Shown piece after piece: positions 1 to 9,989 of a stretch of DNA of 26,494 nt. The position numbers and the translations under genes were made by a program. Below the pieces are notes generated by a model. The model worked only from the letters and a program-made list of their open reading frames with translations. It did no database searches and was not told the DNA's origin. The stretch's first letter is position 1. Every line of letters starts with the position of its first letter. This DNA is from an archaeon (GTDB taxonomy: Archaea > EX4484-52 > B79-G9), in NCBI GenBank assembly GCA_043813875.1, contig JBDRKP010000079.1, positions 1-26,494 of the forward strand. Reading direction: 5' to 3'.

Positions 1-3000
1 AACATCACCTCATATCACTGGGATTTTGGGGACGGAAAGACATCCACCCAGCGCGCCCCCACGCATAGCTATTCTGCCAGCGCTGATTACTCTGTGACGC
101 TTATCGTGACTGACAATGACAATCTTAAGGCGACAAAAACAGAAGTCGTACATATCCGTGGCGTAGCGCTCTCACGCGTCACTCATCCCCATGACATCCC
201 TGTCGGCGCTGAACTATCTGTCAGTGTAACAGCAAACCAGGTGACAGACATAACACTGGATATAGGCACATTCCACGAAACAAGACACGGAAATGAAATC
301 ACATTCCATGTAGACACCAATGCATTGCCCAAAGGCGAGAACACACTGACAGTAACTGCCGAATCCGATACATACACGGATTCTGTCATAGTCTACGACC
401 CTGCGATATACCGCTCAATCACCAAAGGAATTGATGACCTCGGAGTATATTCAAAAGCCGAGATGCGCGAGATATCCGGTATTACAGGATATACGCTTAC
501 CAATCACGTATATAGTGTACTACAAAATGTAAAAATACATGAAAACATCACTGTGAGCAAAGTAGTGAATGAGTTAAGGAATAATCTGAACTATGTAAGT
601 GAGAATATCACCTCAGAACTTGAAAAATTCAAAGATATTGCCAAAACAATCGATTCGGCAACCGGCATACAACTGGATGGTATGGATTCGGTCGTCAATA
701 CGATAGTAAGCCTAAGAAACGCGATTGATGACTTCAGCGACATGATTAGCGAACAAAACATCGTTCCGACAATAAATAGATACGTGACGACTCCAGCCCT
801 ATATGCAGTGACAAGTTCAGATGAGGGAAACTTAATTGATGAGCGCACGCAGTCTGCAAAACACAGCCTCAACCCCTATTATACACAGCAGGAACTGGAT
901 GAGGTGAATGCAATATTATTGATCGGCAAAGAAGCAATTTCCAACACTGATGATGAGGAGATATATCGGCTGGACATAGGCACAATCTTTGGGCATGACA
1001 TCGCTTTGAATCCGACACTTGATTACTTTTCAGAAAGACAGTCAGAGTCAATTAATCCACCTAATGCTACATGTATTCTGGATATATGTATAGAAGGCAA
1101 GTATAATCCATCATGGGTATATCATATGACCGTTGCAGATATTGAGTCCGTATTGACAGTACCAGCATATATCGGCTGGATTCCGGCAACACCAGAAGAT
1201 GAGACCATTCAACCCTCCTTTACGATTATGTTTGATCCAATTACGGTGACGGTTCAGGCAATAAGAACGTATATGAAGTACGCAGATATGGTTGAGAAGG
1301 TATCCCCATGGGTCATAGATGGCGGGATGATCATATCGACGGATCTGCTGGCAAAAGAAGTCAATGAGGAGCACGGCGATATAATACAAGCCATCGCCGA
1401 CATAACAGAGACAATGAATATCAACAGTGTCGGGAAGCCAGGGATAATGAATGATCGTTTGTATATCCCAAAAGGCAATATGCTTGTTACGACATCTCCT
1501 GACGGGAAAATAAGGGATTTCAAGTATGCAAAGTCCGATTCGCTGACCCAAAAGCCCAAGACCGGAAGCATGATTTCATTGAACACCGGATGGTCTCAAT
1601 CGTTTACTCAAGAATCTCAAAATATAGACGTCATCCTATTATCAGACAAATCAGAGTACAGCTTAAATGACACTGTTTACCTGACTGTAAGCATCTATTC
1701 TGACGCATACATTGAAGATGCGATGATCTGGATTTTTGTACCCGAGGAAAACCTGACAATAAAAGACATTGTCACTCTGGGAATTGGAAACACAACACAT
1801 AATTACAATTTCACAATACATGCTGGAACATGGCATGTCCCAAGAGTTTATGTAAGTGATTTCGGGACAGTCCTTGGTGAAAGTTATACGACGTTTTCTA
1901 TTGGGTCAGAAAGCCGCGAAAGCGGCCTTATTATGATTGATTATGATGAGTTCTATACTCCTGGTACAATTGATCTCAATGTGACAGTCTATAATACGGG
2001 TAATATCGCATTAGATTCAGAATTGTATTATTTCAGCCCAGAGATGAATCTGCGTGATTTTATCGATGTACAAACGATGCAGCCGCAAGAGCAGATAACA
2101 GAGAAATTGTCATTTGACCTGTTGACACCGGGTGTGTATGAAGTATACTTCGCCCTGAACTCAATTACGGGTGTTCTTGATTACAATGCGGTGCGCTTCA
2201 CTGTGAGTGCGCTTGGCACGCTGCTCGCATTTCCAGAGACAGATAAGCCGATATATGCAGCCGGTGAAAATGTGGATGTCGCTGTTGCAGTCAAGAATAT
2301 CACGTTGAATGTTGTTGATTTTCCTTATGCGCTTGATGTGGTGGCGCCGTCTGGTGATACGAACAGAGATATCTCTTTTGTCCCCGCTGACAACGGGACA
2401 TACATCGTGAAAGCAAGGCCGATTGCAGACGGGTATTATAATGTGGAAGGCGAGACGCTTTTTATTGTCGAAAGGCAAAGTGATCTTGTTGTCGAGGCAG
2501 AAACATCTGGCAATGTGACCGTAATTCACGTGAGAACAGATATTGGCGGCGCGGTTGAAGGCGCCGATGTCATCGTGAACGGATATGTCTTAAAAACAGA
2601 TGAAGATGGCGGTGTTGAGTTCATACCGTCTAATGCGACGCAGTTGTTCATACAGGCGGAAAAATTCGGTTTCAATCCAGCTGTGGCATCTCTAAATCTA
2701 TCTTCGGGATATGAAGAATCAACGTCATTTGATATTGTACCGATGGAGTTGAATATTGTTCCGGAAGGCATGGGGTATACTGATGTAAAAGTGACTCCCT
2801 CAGGAATGCATTCTGTTGAGATCAGGTCGGAAATATGCCGGGATCTTGATTTTGATTATGATTGTGATGAGGTCCTGCCCAATATGAATGGAGAGATATC
2901 GGTTTTATTTGAAGATAGCGGTGGTTTAACTGCGGCGACAGATTCAGCTGGTGAGGCTGCCATCAGGATAAAGGCCTTTCCGTCAGCACCGTCAGGTGCA

Positions 3001-3162
3001 AGGTATCTCTATTATGTCAGATTGGATGGTGGTGACTGGAAAGAAGCTTATGTGAATGTTGGGACAACCGGAATCCCTGAATACCCGTTTGCTTTTCTCA
3101 TCCCGATCGTGGTTGTACTTTACATCACGAGAAAATATCTTGTCAACCTCAAAGCCATTTGA
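1..3162 (+). CDS. Large cell-surface protein, 5'-partial: PKD domain, helical segment, several Ig/CARDB-like beta domains and a C-terminal PEF-CTERM-like anchor
   Basis: Frame 1 is open from base 1 (NITSYHWDFGDGKTSTQRAPTHSY...YSVTLIVTD, the PKD WDFGDG signature), so the gene starts upstream of the window. The C-terminus is GIPEYPFAFLIPIVVVLYITRK (IPE-aromatic, hydrophobic helix, basic residues). Confidence 0.85.
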   Translation, partial: NITSYHWDFGDGKTSTQRAPTHSYSASADYSVTLIVTDNDNLKATKTEVVHIRGVALSRVTHPHDIPVGAELSVSVTANQVTDITLDIGTFHETRHGNEITFHVDTNALPKGENTLTVTAESDTYTDSVIVYDPAIYRSITKGIDDLGVYSKAEMREISGITGYTLTNHVYSVLQNVKIHENITVSKVVNELRNNLNYVSENITSELEKFKDIAKTIDSATGIQLDGMDSVVNTIVSLRNAIDDFSDMISEQNIVPTINRYVTTPALYAVTSSDEGNLIDERTQSAKHSLNPYYTQQELDEVNAILLIGKEAISNTDDEEIYRLDIGTIFGHDIALNPTLDYFSERQSESINPPNATCILDICIEGKYNPSWVYHMTVADIESVLTVPAYIGWIPATPEDETIQPSFTIMFDPITVTVQAIRTYMKYADMVEKVSPWVIDGGMIISTDLLAKEVNEEHGDIIQAIADITETMNINSVGKPGIMNDRLYIPKGNMLVTTSPDGKIRDFKYAKSDSLTQKPKTGSMISLNTGWSQSFTQESQNIDVILLSDKSEYSLNDTVYLTVSIYSDAYIEDAMIWIFVPEENLTIKDIVTLGIGNTTHNYNFTIHAGTWHVPRVYVSDFGTVLGESYTTFSIGSESRESGLIMIDYDEFYTPGTIDLNVTVYNTGNIALDSELYYFSPEMNLRDFIDVQTMQPQEQITEKLSFDLLTPGVYEVYFALNSITGVLDYNAVRFTVSALGTLLAFPETDKPIYAAGENVDVAVAVKNITLNVVDFPYALDVVAPSGDTNRDISFVPADNGTYIVKARPIADGYYNVEGETLFIVERQSDLVVEAETSGNVTVIHVRTDIGGAVEGADVIVNGYVLKTDEDGGVEFIPSNATQLFIQAEKFGFNPAVASLNLSSGYEESTSFDIVPMELNIVPEGMGYTDVKVTPSGMHSVEIRSEICRDLDFDYDCDEVLPNMNGEISVLFEDSGGLTAATDSAGEAAIRIKAFPSAPSGARYLYYVRLDGGDWKEAYVNVGTTGIPEYPFAFLIPIVVVLYITRKYLVNLKAI

Positions 3163-4096
3163 GGTGCCTGAAGTACAATACGAGACTTGTGACTGCTAAA
3201 AGCATGATGCACAAAAGGATGTAGAAACCCTGCGGATGGTCTGCCAGGGGGATATATCTGAAATTCATACCATAGATGCCGCTTATCAATGTCGGTACCA
3301 TTATGATGGCGGCGATAGCGGTTATTTTTTTCATGACAACGTTCAGTTCGTTTGAGACGATTGTAGATTGCATCTCGAAGAGGTTATTTATGATGTTTCT
3401 TTGTATTTTAACCACGTCGATGAGTTCCATGACATCAAGATATATGTCTTCAAAAAGTCCGAGATATTCGCCTCGGAATGGCTTTAGATAACCTTTTCTG
3501 AGTATCTTTGCAACCTCCAGATTTGCTGAAAGGGAACTGTGGAAGTATGCAAGCGTGGTATTCAATGAAAGTATCTTTTGTACATTCTCTTTGCTGATCT
3601 CAAATATCTTTTCCTCGATGAGGTCCGAGGTGTCTCCGACCCTGTTGATGACATTCAGATATTCTTCGTTTATCTTGTCGATGATGTTGAAAACAATGCC
3701 TGGCGCAGCGTTCTTGAAAATGAATTTTCCGCGTTTATAGTTGATCAGTTTTACAAGCTGTTCCACGCTGTTTACTGATTTTCTGGATATCGTTATGACT
3801 ATGTTTTTCTTTATGATGAAACCGACCGGGATGGTGACTATGTCGTCTTCTTCATAAAATGGCGCCCTGTAGATTATCAGGACGTAGTCTTCGCTTTCTA
3901 TCCTTGATCTTTCTGTTTCGTCGAGGGTGTCTTCGAAAATATCGAGATCTATATTTGTCATGTCTGAGAGTGTCTTGAGTTCATCGGGTGTCGGATCAAT
4001 TGCGCGAATCCATGTAAGCCCAGACTTGAGAGTGATGTTTTTCAAGTCGTGTTCTATGACATTCTGGTTTTTCAGGCTGTAAGAACTTATTGCCAT
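3149..4096 (-). CDS. corA: CorA-family Mg2+/Co2+ transporter
   Basis: 315 aa with GIYGMNF signature at the end of TM1, LNVVMKKIT stalk helix and two C-terminal TM helices. Confidence 0.95.
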   Translation of the reverse strand: MAISSYSLKNQNVIEHDLKNITLKSGLTWIRAIDPTPDELKTLSDMTNIDLDIFEDTLDETERSRIESEDYVLIIYRAPFYEEDDIVTIPVGFIIKKNIVITISRKSVNSVEQLVKLINYKRGKFIFKNAAPGIVFNIIDKINEEYLNVINRVGDTSDLIEEKIFEISKENVQKILSLNTTLAYFHSSLSANLEVAKILRKGYLKPFRGEYLGLFEDIYLDVMELIDVVKIQRNIINNLFEMQSTIVSNELNVVMKKITAIAAIIMVPTLISGIYGMNFRYIPLADHPQGFYILLCIMLLAVTSLVLYFRHLKWL

Positions 4097-4189
4097 CTGT
4101 AATAGATGTGTTTCATACTTTATAAAAATTGTTCTTTCTTGATGGCATTTTGGTAAAAGTACTTATCTCTTATTGTTCAATTATAGGAT

Positions 4190-4768
4190 ATGGGTAAATC
4201 TATAAATATGGTTGTTGTGTTTGTATTGGTTGTATTCCTCTTTGTTCCATCGGCAAATGCCTTTGGTTTTGATATATTCAAATCCCTTAAAAAGCAGCCC
4301 GTTATTGCATGCGAGCCAGATGAAGCGCTCGATTCTTTAGTATATTCTTATAATGCTTCTAATGTGAGTGAGAAGGTCTTTGATTTATACTCAAGGCATG
4401 AAATAAATGAACAAAATTCAACAAAAAACCAAATTGCCTTGATGTATATGGCAAGGCACGTTACTCAATTAATTCGTGCCTTGACTATAGTAAGAGAGAA
4501 TGGCTATTGGAATATCGACGTTATGATAGAAAAAGATTATTGCGCCTATGAGTACACTGTGACGATGACAGATTCCGGGGAGGTCTTAATAAGTGATGGT
4601 CTCCTTGATGTTGAACTGAAAATATCGACGACGTACGATAATGTCTTTTTTGCGCATAAAAGCTATGTGGAACACGACAGTCTGGGGGTTCTGAAATCCT
4701 CTTTAAGGGTTAAGATGCCAATCAAGGCCAAGATTAAGGCTATTCTATTTCTTAGGTCTTATGTCTGA
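4190..4768 (+). CDS. Secreted hypothetical protein
   Basis: 192-aa ORF with a signal peptide (MGKSINMVVVFVLVVFLFVPSANA/F) and an AT-rich upstream region. Confidence 0.75.
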   Translation: MGKSINMVVVFVLVVFLFVPSANAFGFDIFKSLKKQPVIACEPDEALDSLVYSYNASNVSEKVFDLYSRHEINEQNSTKNQIALMYMARHVTQLIRALTIVRENGYWNIDVMIEKDYCAYEYTVTMTDSGEVLISDGLLDVELKISTTYDNVFFAHKSYVEHDSLGVLKSSLRVKMPIKAKIKAILFLRSYV

Positions 4769-4888
4769 CATTGTGGCTCTTTCTAATGATTTCTTGGCGG
4801 GCATAATTTTCTGATTTTACAAATACTTAAGTTATATATATGTTTGATGCAATAAATTACAAGTAAGTTATGATATATTGGTGTGTCA

Positions 4889-5818
4889 ATGGATAAGAAA
4901 CTTTTTTTTCCACTTTTTGTGCTGGTGATGTTGGTATCCGGATGCAGTGGCTCTTCTATCGATTATGATCCGAATGCTGGCGCAGTATTGCGGGACGCAG
5001 CTTTTGATCTTCCAAAGGTTTATGATGATGATGAGACTGCTCTTATGTTTGATGTTGTGAATGTAGGAGGAAAATCTTTATCAAACGTTGATGTCTACGT
5101 TTACGGCCCGACTATGGGTACAGGGACTGAAGTATGGAATCCAAACTCCACTGGAGGACTGACACTTAATAGTGGTGGTTATCTGTCTGGGTCAATAACA
5201 GGAGTGAATCTGCCGCCTCCCGACCCTTCTATCGGCACCCCAGGCGGGAGCAGGTCGTTTGAAATTGTTTTTGATCCGGCAAATGTTCTTGATGGTGTTG
5301 AGATACCAACAACTTTTTATATTGGACTGTGTTTTCCTTATAGCACTTCGACAATAACACAGGTAGAAGTAACTTCGAAGAATGAAATCAGAGCGACCGG
5401 AGTTCGCGGTTCAAGAACAGATACAATAAATGCGGCAGGACCAATTCATCTGAATGTCCAGGGCGAAGGAAATATAAGGGCTGGAGGGATAGTGCCTCTT
5501 GTTTTCAAGGTAAATAATGTTGGTGGCGGTTTTCCAACTTTGGCAACTTGTGGCGTGGATATAGCTACAACGAATAGGAATGAAGTATCGATAAATGTGA
5601 CAGTTGATGGTTTAACTACAGGAATTGATTGCAATTCTGCCGGTCCTTCAGGTAATGTGAAGATAAGAAATGATGTCGGCACTTTTTTCTGTACATACAC
5701 GCCGACAACGACATCTACTGCACCGCGACGCACATATAGTGTGAAAGCAACAGCAACTTATAATTATTATCTGACAAAACCATTAACAGTGACCAATATC
5801 GGTTCATCATTGTCATAA
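4889..5818 (+). CDS. Putative lipoprotein, beta-rich extracellular protein
   Basis: MDKKLFFPLFVLVMLVSGC carries a lipobox. ATG 4889 follows a GGTG RBS, whereas the ORF track starts at GTG 4883. Gly/Thr/Val-rich with several Cys. Confidence 0.8.
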   Translation: MDKKLFFPLFVLVMLVSGCSGSSIDYDPNAGAVLRDAAFDLPKVYDDDETALMFDVVNVGGKSLSNVDVYVYGPTMGTGTEVWNPNSTGGLTLNSGGYLSGSITGVNLPPPDPSIGTPGGSRSFEIVFDPANVLDGVEIPTTFYIGLCFPYSTSTITQVEVTSKNEIRATGVRGSRTDTINAAGPIHLNVQGEGNIRAGGIVPLVFKVNNVGGGFPTLATCGVDIATTNRNEVSINVTVDGLTTGIDCNSAGPSGNVKIRNDVGTFFCTYTPTTTSTAPRRTYSVKATATYNYYLTKPLTVTNIGSSLS

Positions 5819-5850
5819 GAATATTCAAGAACATGATTTTAATCCAGGGG

Positions 5851-8457
5851 TTATTTGAGGTTATTCTCAATGCTTTCCCTGAATGTCTCAATCTCTTTTT
5901 TGAATCTTTTCAGTGTGTTGATTATGTGCTCCTGCTGGACTTTAAGTATTTCTGCTGTTTTCCTGATGGCTTCGGCCGAATCTTTTGGGTGTTCTGAGTT
6001 TGCTTTTTCTTCTTTTGCGGCTGTCGTCTTCCTGTACTCCTCGCGCATCTTTTCGATTCCTTCCTTGTCGCCTGATTTGATGAAGTAGAAGACCTGCCCG
6101 TTGATTTTCCTTAGCTCTTTCCATTCTTTGAATAGGGATGCAGATCCTTTTGGAGCATCTTTGATGTCGCTGATGTTGAGTTCTTTTTTGATATCTTTTG
6201 CGAGCTTTTCAATTTCTGATCCGATGCTTTTTACAAGATCGCCGACGAGGAACTCGACCCTTATGACGCCGTCCTGGATCTTATGGGTTTTTGCGATTTT
6301 TATTGCGCAGATGTCGCCTGTGGACTTGACGTGCGTACCGCCGCAGGCTTCAACGTCGTGGTCTCCTATCTTGATGATCCGTACCATTTTTCCGGGGCTG
6401 CCACCGCCCTGGTAGATGATGAAGCCGTATTTGCTTTCTGCCTCGCTTCTTGGAATGTTGGTGATGTCTAATTTTATGTTTTCTTTGATTATCTTGTTTG
6501 CCGCTTCTTCGACTTTTTTTATCTCTTCGTCAGTGAGGTTATCGTAATGGGTTATGTCAAGCCTTGCGCCACCCTCTGATTTATGGGCGCCTGCCTGCCA
6601 TATGTGAGGACCGAGGACAGATCTTAGAGCGCCGCCGAGAACATGCGTTCCCGTGTGGAACTGGGTTATTATCTTCCTTCTTCTCTCATCGACCTTGCCG
6701 CTTATGACGGCACCGGCTTTTAAGCCAATCGGTTCTTTCACTTCATGCAATATGACGCCGTCGACTTTCATCACGTTTGTGACATTGATGCCGTTTATGG
6801 TACCGACGTCATGGTCCTGGCCGCCGCCTGTCGGATAGAATGCTGTCTTGTCAAGGACTATCCATTTGCCACAGATTATCCTCTCTATTTTTGCAGTAAA
6901 GTCCGGTTTTTCGGATTCGTAATATAGCGCTCTTGTTGCTTGCAGCCCTGATACGTCTATGTCTATTTTCTTTATCTTCGCGCCTCCGGATTCATGCTTT
7001 TGCGCAACCTGCATATAGAAATCACCCGGTATGTGCACATCGATTGATTCGTCAGATGCTACTTTTTCTATCAGTTCCGGTGTGATGCCGTGCGATTCGT
7101 ATAGCTCTGTCAGCTTGGATTCTGTGAATGTGTTGGTTTTCTGGAGAAGGTTGGATACGATTCTTTTTGATCGTTGCATCGTCTTCTTGTATTTCTCTTC
7201 TTCAATAGAGACAATCTTTTCTACGTTGGCTATATTCTCTTTGAGTTCCGGATACATGGGCTTGAGATAATCCGCATGCCATGATGCTACGTCGTGGATG
7301 GTGAAGTCGAAATTGTACCTGTCGATGAAGTTCAGGGCTCTTCTGAGTATTGCTCTTAAGTTGTATCCGCCGCCGACATTTGATGGTATGCCGCCATCGG
7401 ATATCGCAAAGAGCAGGGTTCTTGCGTGGTCTGCCACTGCATAGAGCGCCTGCATGGGCTCGACAGTCTTCTGCATCTCCCGGACAGTTACGCCGACGGA
7501 TTTCGCTGCATCTATCCTTGCCTTTTCTATGTCTTTTACTTCATCCATGTTGAGGTTGCCGGCGATGACCGAATATCTGTCGAATGCGTCCTGGTCTATA
7601 TCGATGCTTGAGAGTTTCTTCATTTTCGGGGTGACAGGTCCGAAAAGGGAATCATAGGCTGCGGGGGTCCCGTTTGAGAACCAGACGAGCCGCTCGTGAC
7701 CCCAGCCGACGTCAATCACTTTCAGCGGGAGGTCCACGTATGTCTTCATGTCTTTTGACTGGAACTGCATGAATACGGAGTTCACCAGTTCAAGCCCTCT
7801 TGAGAATGTCTCCATGGACGGGCCGAATGCGGAAAAGTCAGGCATCGCCCAGACATCTTCTGCATAGACGAGCTCTTCGCCCGGGATGCCCATGACACTG
7901 TTTAAGAATTTGTAATTGAGTTCGATGCATCGGTCTTTGAAGTAGCCGTCTTTCGGGTAGCCGAATGCATGCTGGCCGGACATGACGAATGATGTCAGGT
8001 GCCTACCTGTGACGCCGACGTTCGGGATGTCCGGGAATCTCAGGCATACCTGCGGCACTATGAGCGGATTTGCCGGGTATTCGAAGGTCATGTTGCCGTT
8101 CTCGAGTCTCTGGAAGTCCTGGATAGATGCGATTGTGAAGTACAGGTCCGGCCGCCAGCGGTCGACGACAGGGTACCTGGGTATAGACGTGTGACCTTCT
8201 TTTTTGAAGAATCTTTCGAATTCCTTCCACATCTCTATATAGTCCCACTTGCGTTTTGTGATCGTGTTGTTGATGAAGCTATAATTTTCGCATGGAGGGT
8301 CGGCGCATCTGACTCTTTCAGGGTCCAGTGTCCAGAAGTTCTTGCCGCAGCCAGGACATGTCTTTCTTATGAAGCCTTTTTCACGGAATAGTTCAACCTG
8401 GTAGTGTTTTTTCCAGTCTTTAGAGAATTCTTTTTTTATTGATGGTTTTGAGAGCAT
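5851..8457 (-). CDS. alaS: Alanyl-tRNA synthetase, archaeal type, with editing domain and atypical C-terminus
   Basis: N-terminal CPGCGKNFWT zinc knuckle, FTIASIQDFQ, QVCLRF, GRHLTSF, DVGWGHER, ADHARTL, TAFYPTGGGQ, editing motifs HTGTH and CGGTH. A GGTGAT RBS lies upstream. Confidence 0.98.
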   Translation of the reverse strand: MLSKPSIKKEFSKDWKKHYQVELFREKGFIRKTCPGCGKNFWTLDPERVRCADPPCENYSFINNTITKRKWDYIEMWKEFERFFKKEGHTSIPRYPVVDRWRPDLYFTIASIQDFQRLENGNMTFEYPANPLIVPQVCLRFPDIPNVGVTGRHLTSFVMSGQHAFGYPKDGYFKDRCIELNYKFLNSVMGIPGEELVYAEDVWAMPDFSAFGPSMETFSRGLELVNSVFMQFQSKDMKTYVDLPLKVIDVGWGHERLVWFSNGTPAAYDSLFGPVTPKMKKLSSIDIDQDAFDRYSVIAGNLNMDEVKDIEKARIDAAKSVGVTVREMQKTVEPMQALYAVADHARTLLFAISDGGIPSNVGGGYNLRAILRRALNFIDRYNFDFTIHDVASWHADYLKPMYPELKENIANVEKIVSIEEEKYKKTMQRSKRIVSNLLQKTNTFTESKLTELYESHGITPELIEKVASDESIDVHIPGDFYMQVAQKHESGGAKIKKIDIDVSGLQATRALYYESEKPDFTAKIERIICGKWIVLDKTAFYPTGGGQDHDVGTINGINVTNVMKVDGVILHEVKEPIGLKAGAVISGKVDERRRKIITQFHTGTHVLGGALRSVLGPHIWQAGAHKSEGGARLDITHYDNLTDEEIKKVEEAANKIIKENIKLDITNIPRSEAESKYGFIIYQGGGSPGKMVRIIKIGDHDVEACGGTHVKSTGDICAIKIAKTHKIQDGVIRVEFLVGDLVKSIGSEIEKLAKDIKKELNISDIKDAPKGSASLFKEWKELRKINGQVFYFIKSGDKEGIEKMREEYRKTTAAKEEKANSEHPKDSAEAIRKTAEILKVQQEHIINTLKRFKKEIETFRESIENNLK

Positions 8458-8718
8458 GATATCACCAGAAAGGTTATTTATATAGCATATAGCACACTTA
8501 ACCTTTATTAAATTTCTTTTGCTTTAGATGTGGATATTTAGTATATCTGTAGTATCCAAAAATTCCTGTAAAAATGGACTTTTTGATGGTGCAAAACAGG
8601 GATTTCTGAGGACAAAATGCACACATTTAACCGCCTCTGCGCTGGAAATACAGGTTGTTGGATTGGCTGACCATCACGAAAAAATTTTGCAGACCCTATT
8701 TGAAAGAAAATATATTAT

Positions 8719-9698
8719 TTACCCATGCCTCCACTCTGAGCCTGAGAATTTCACCTTTGCTTTCGAAGGCTCAAATTCGAAATAATGCCTGTTATCAAAC
8801 CATGCGCATCTGAAATTCTTCATCTTGATTCCTGTCCGAAACGACAATCCGGACGCATAAAAGAACATCTGAGAAGCCACCTTTTGCTCGTTCTCAAGAA
8901 TGGCATCCGGCTTGAAGTCAAGAATGTAGACCAATCCGTTTCTTATCTGCAGGAGATCGACATGGCCGCTTATCCCTTGATTAATGTTCTTCTCCCACAA
9001 CCATACAGGAACCTCGCAGGCGATTGTGGATGAATCGTTTATGAGCATGAAGTCCTCGACTAACTTGTGTCTCTCCTGTTGCGTTCTGCCGCCTTGATTG
9101 CAAGATTAGCAAGCCTGCATGCATTATTGTATCTGCCTTCTTTCCGTATGGCGATATTGATCTTCATCTGCGAGCACCTGCCATCGATATTGTCAAAAAA
9201 CGTCGGGCAGCCATCCTCAAATCCCTTTATGTATTTTTCAATACCAAGGAAACCATTGTCGCACAAAAGTTCAAGCTTCGGCGCATGATACTGGAAATCG
9301 TATTTTAAGCCGTTGTGCTCAAAAGTTTTGCCGCATATGAGGTTTTTTATCGCGTAGCTTTCAAGTATTTCTTCCCTGAGCGTGGCATACGTGCATATGT
9401 CCCGGAATTCTTTTACCCATCCGTGAACTGCGCTTTTTGATAGTTTCGTTTTGAAGCGGCTGTTTGTGGCTTTTGCGGCTTTTTCGAAGGTGTTTCCAAG
9501 ATTATAAGCACTTATAGCGGCATTGATAATTTTCGGGGAATATGTTTTATTGCGCATGAGTTTGGTTGAGAATTTCCTGCAGCAGTTCTTGCAGAAGAAT
9601 AGCTGCTCTGCGCTGAATTTTGTTTTCTGCCAGCCCTTCCGGATTATGTCTTTGCTTTTGCAGTACCTGCACAGGATTTGAGTTTTTGTGTTTGACAT
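8719..9698 (-). pseudogene. Split or frameshifted gene: IS1-InsA-like Zn ribbon plus HTH (9060-9698) and PD-(D/E)XK nuclease domain (8719-9048)
   Basis: ORF1 has CRYC...CKNC and an HTH-like SKSAVHGWVKEF. ORF2 has E(VPVW)...GHVDLL...ILDFKP...QMFFYA (E..D..DxK..QxxxY). The -1 frame at ~9075 reads ERHKLVEDFMLIND, so adding one base joins the two ORFs. Confidence 0.75.
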
Positions 9699-9749
9699 AT
9701 ATATTATTATGTAAATTAAGCATAAATTATTTGCGCCAAAAATTCAGTC

Positions 9750-9956
9750 AGACCCGAATTATGGAAAATACGGGTCTTGTATTTTGGACGAAAAAGCCCA
9801 TGATTCTGTATCCAGACTGGGCGCCAGCCTCTGGACGCAATTGGATAAGCGTATTTTTGCAAAAGCGCATTGCATGAATTGGTGAAGTCCTTGATAGCAG
9901 ATGCGGCCCATTTGGGATATAGTTTTGCTTTGCACTTCCGTTTGATAAAGCAAAAC
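9750..9956. other. Cluster of inverted repeats (possible structured RNA or regulatory DNA)
   Basis: AGACCCG..CGGGTCT (9750-9777), TCCAGA-CTGG-gcg-CCAG-cc-TCTGGA (9811-9835) and a perfect 10-bp GTTTTGCTTT..AAAGCAAAAC (9922-9956). Confidence 0.55.
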
Positions 9957-9989
9957 ACTGCGGCGGACGAAACGATGGCATAAGTGAGG

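Noticed and set aside
5855..8391. Numerous antisense or alternate-frame ORFs within alaS (likewise within eno, elp3, aRF1 and the surface genes)
   Set aside because: Shadow ORFs expected from the codon bias of the real genes.
8528..9288. Plus-strand ORFs 8528-8785, 8785-9033 and 9067-9288
   Set aside because: Mostly antisense to the nuclease gene, with no protein-like features.
9878..9975. Hammerhead ribozyme suggested by GTCC...GGACGAAAC
   Set aside because: The required CUGANGA core is not present (TTGGTGAA instead) and flanking stems are not evident.
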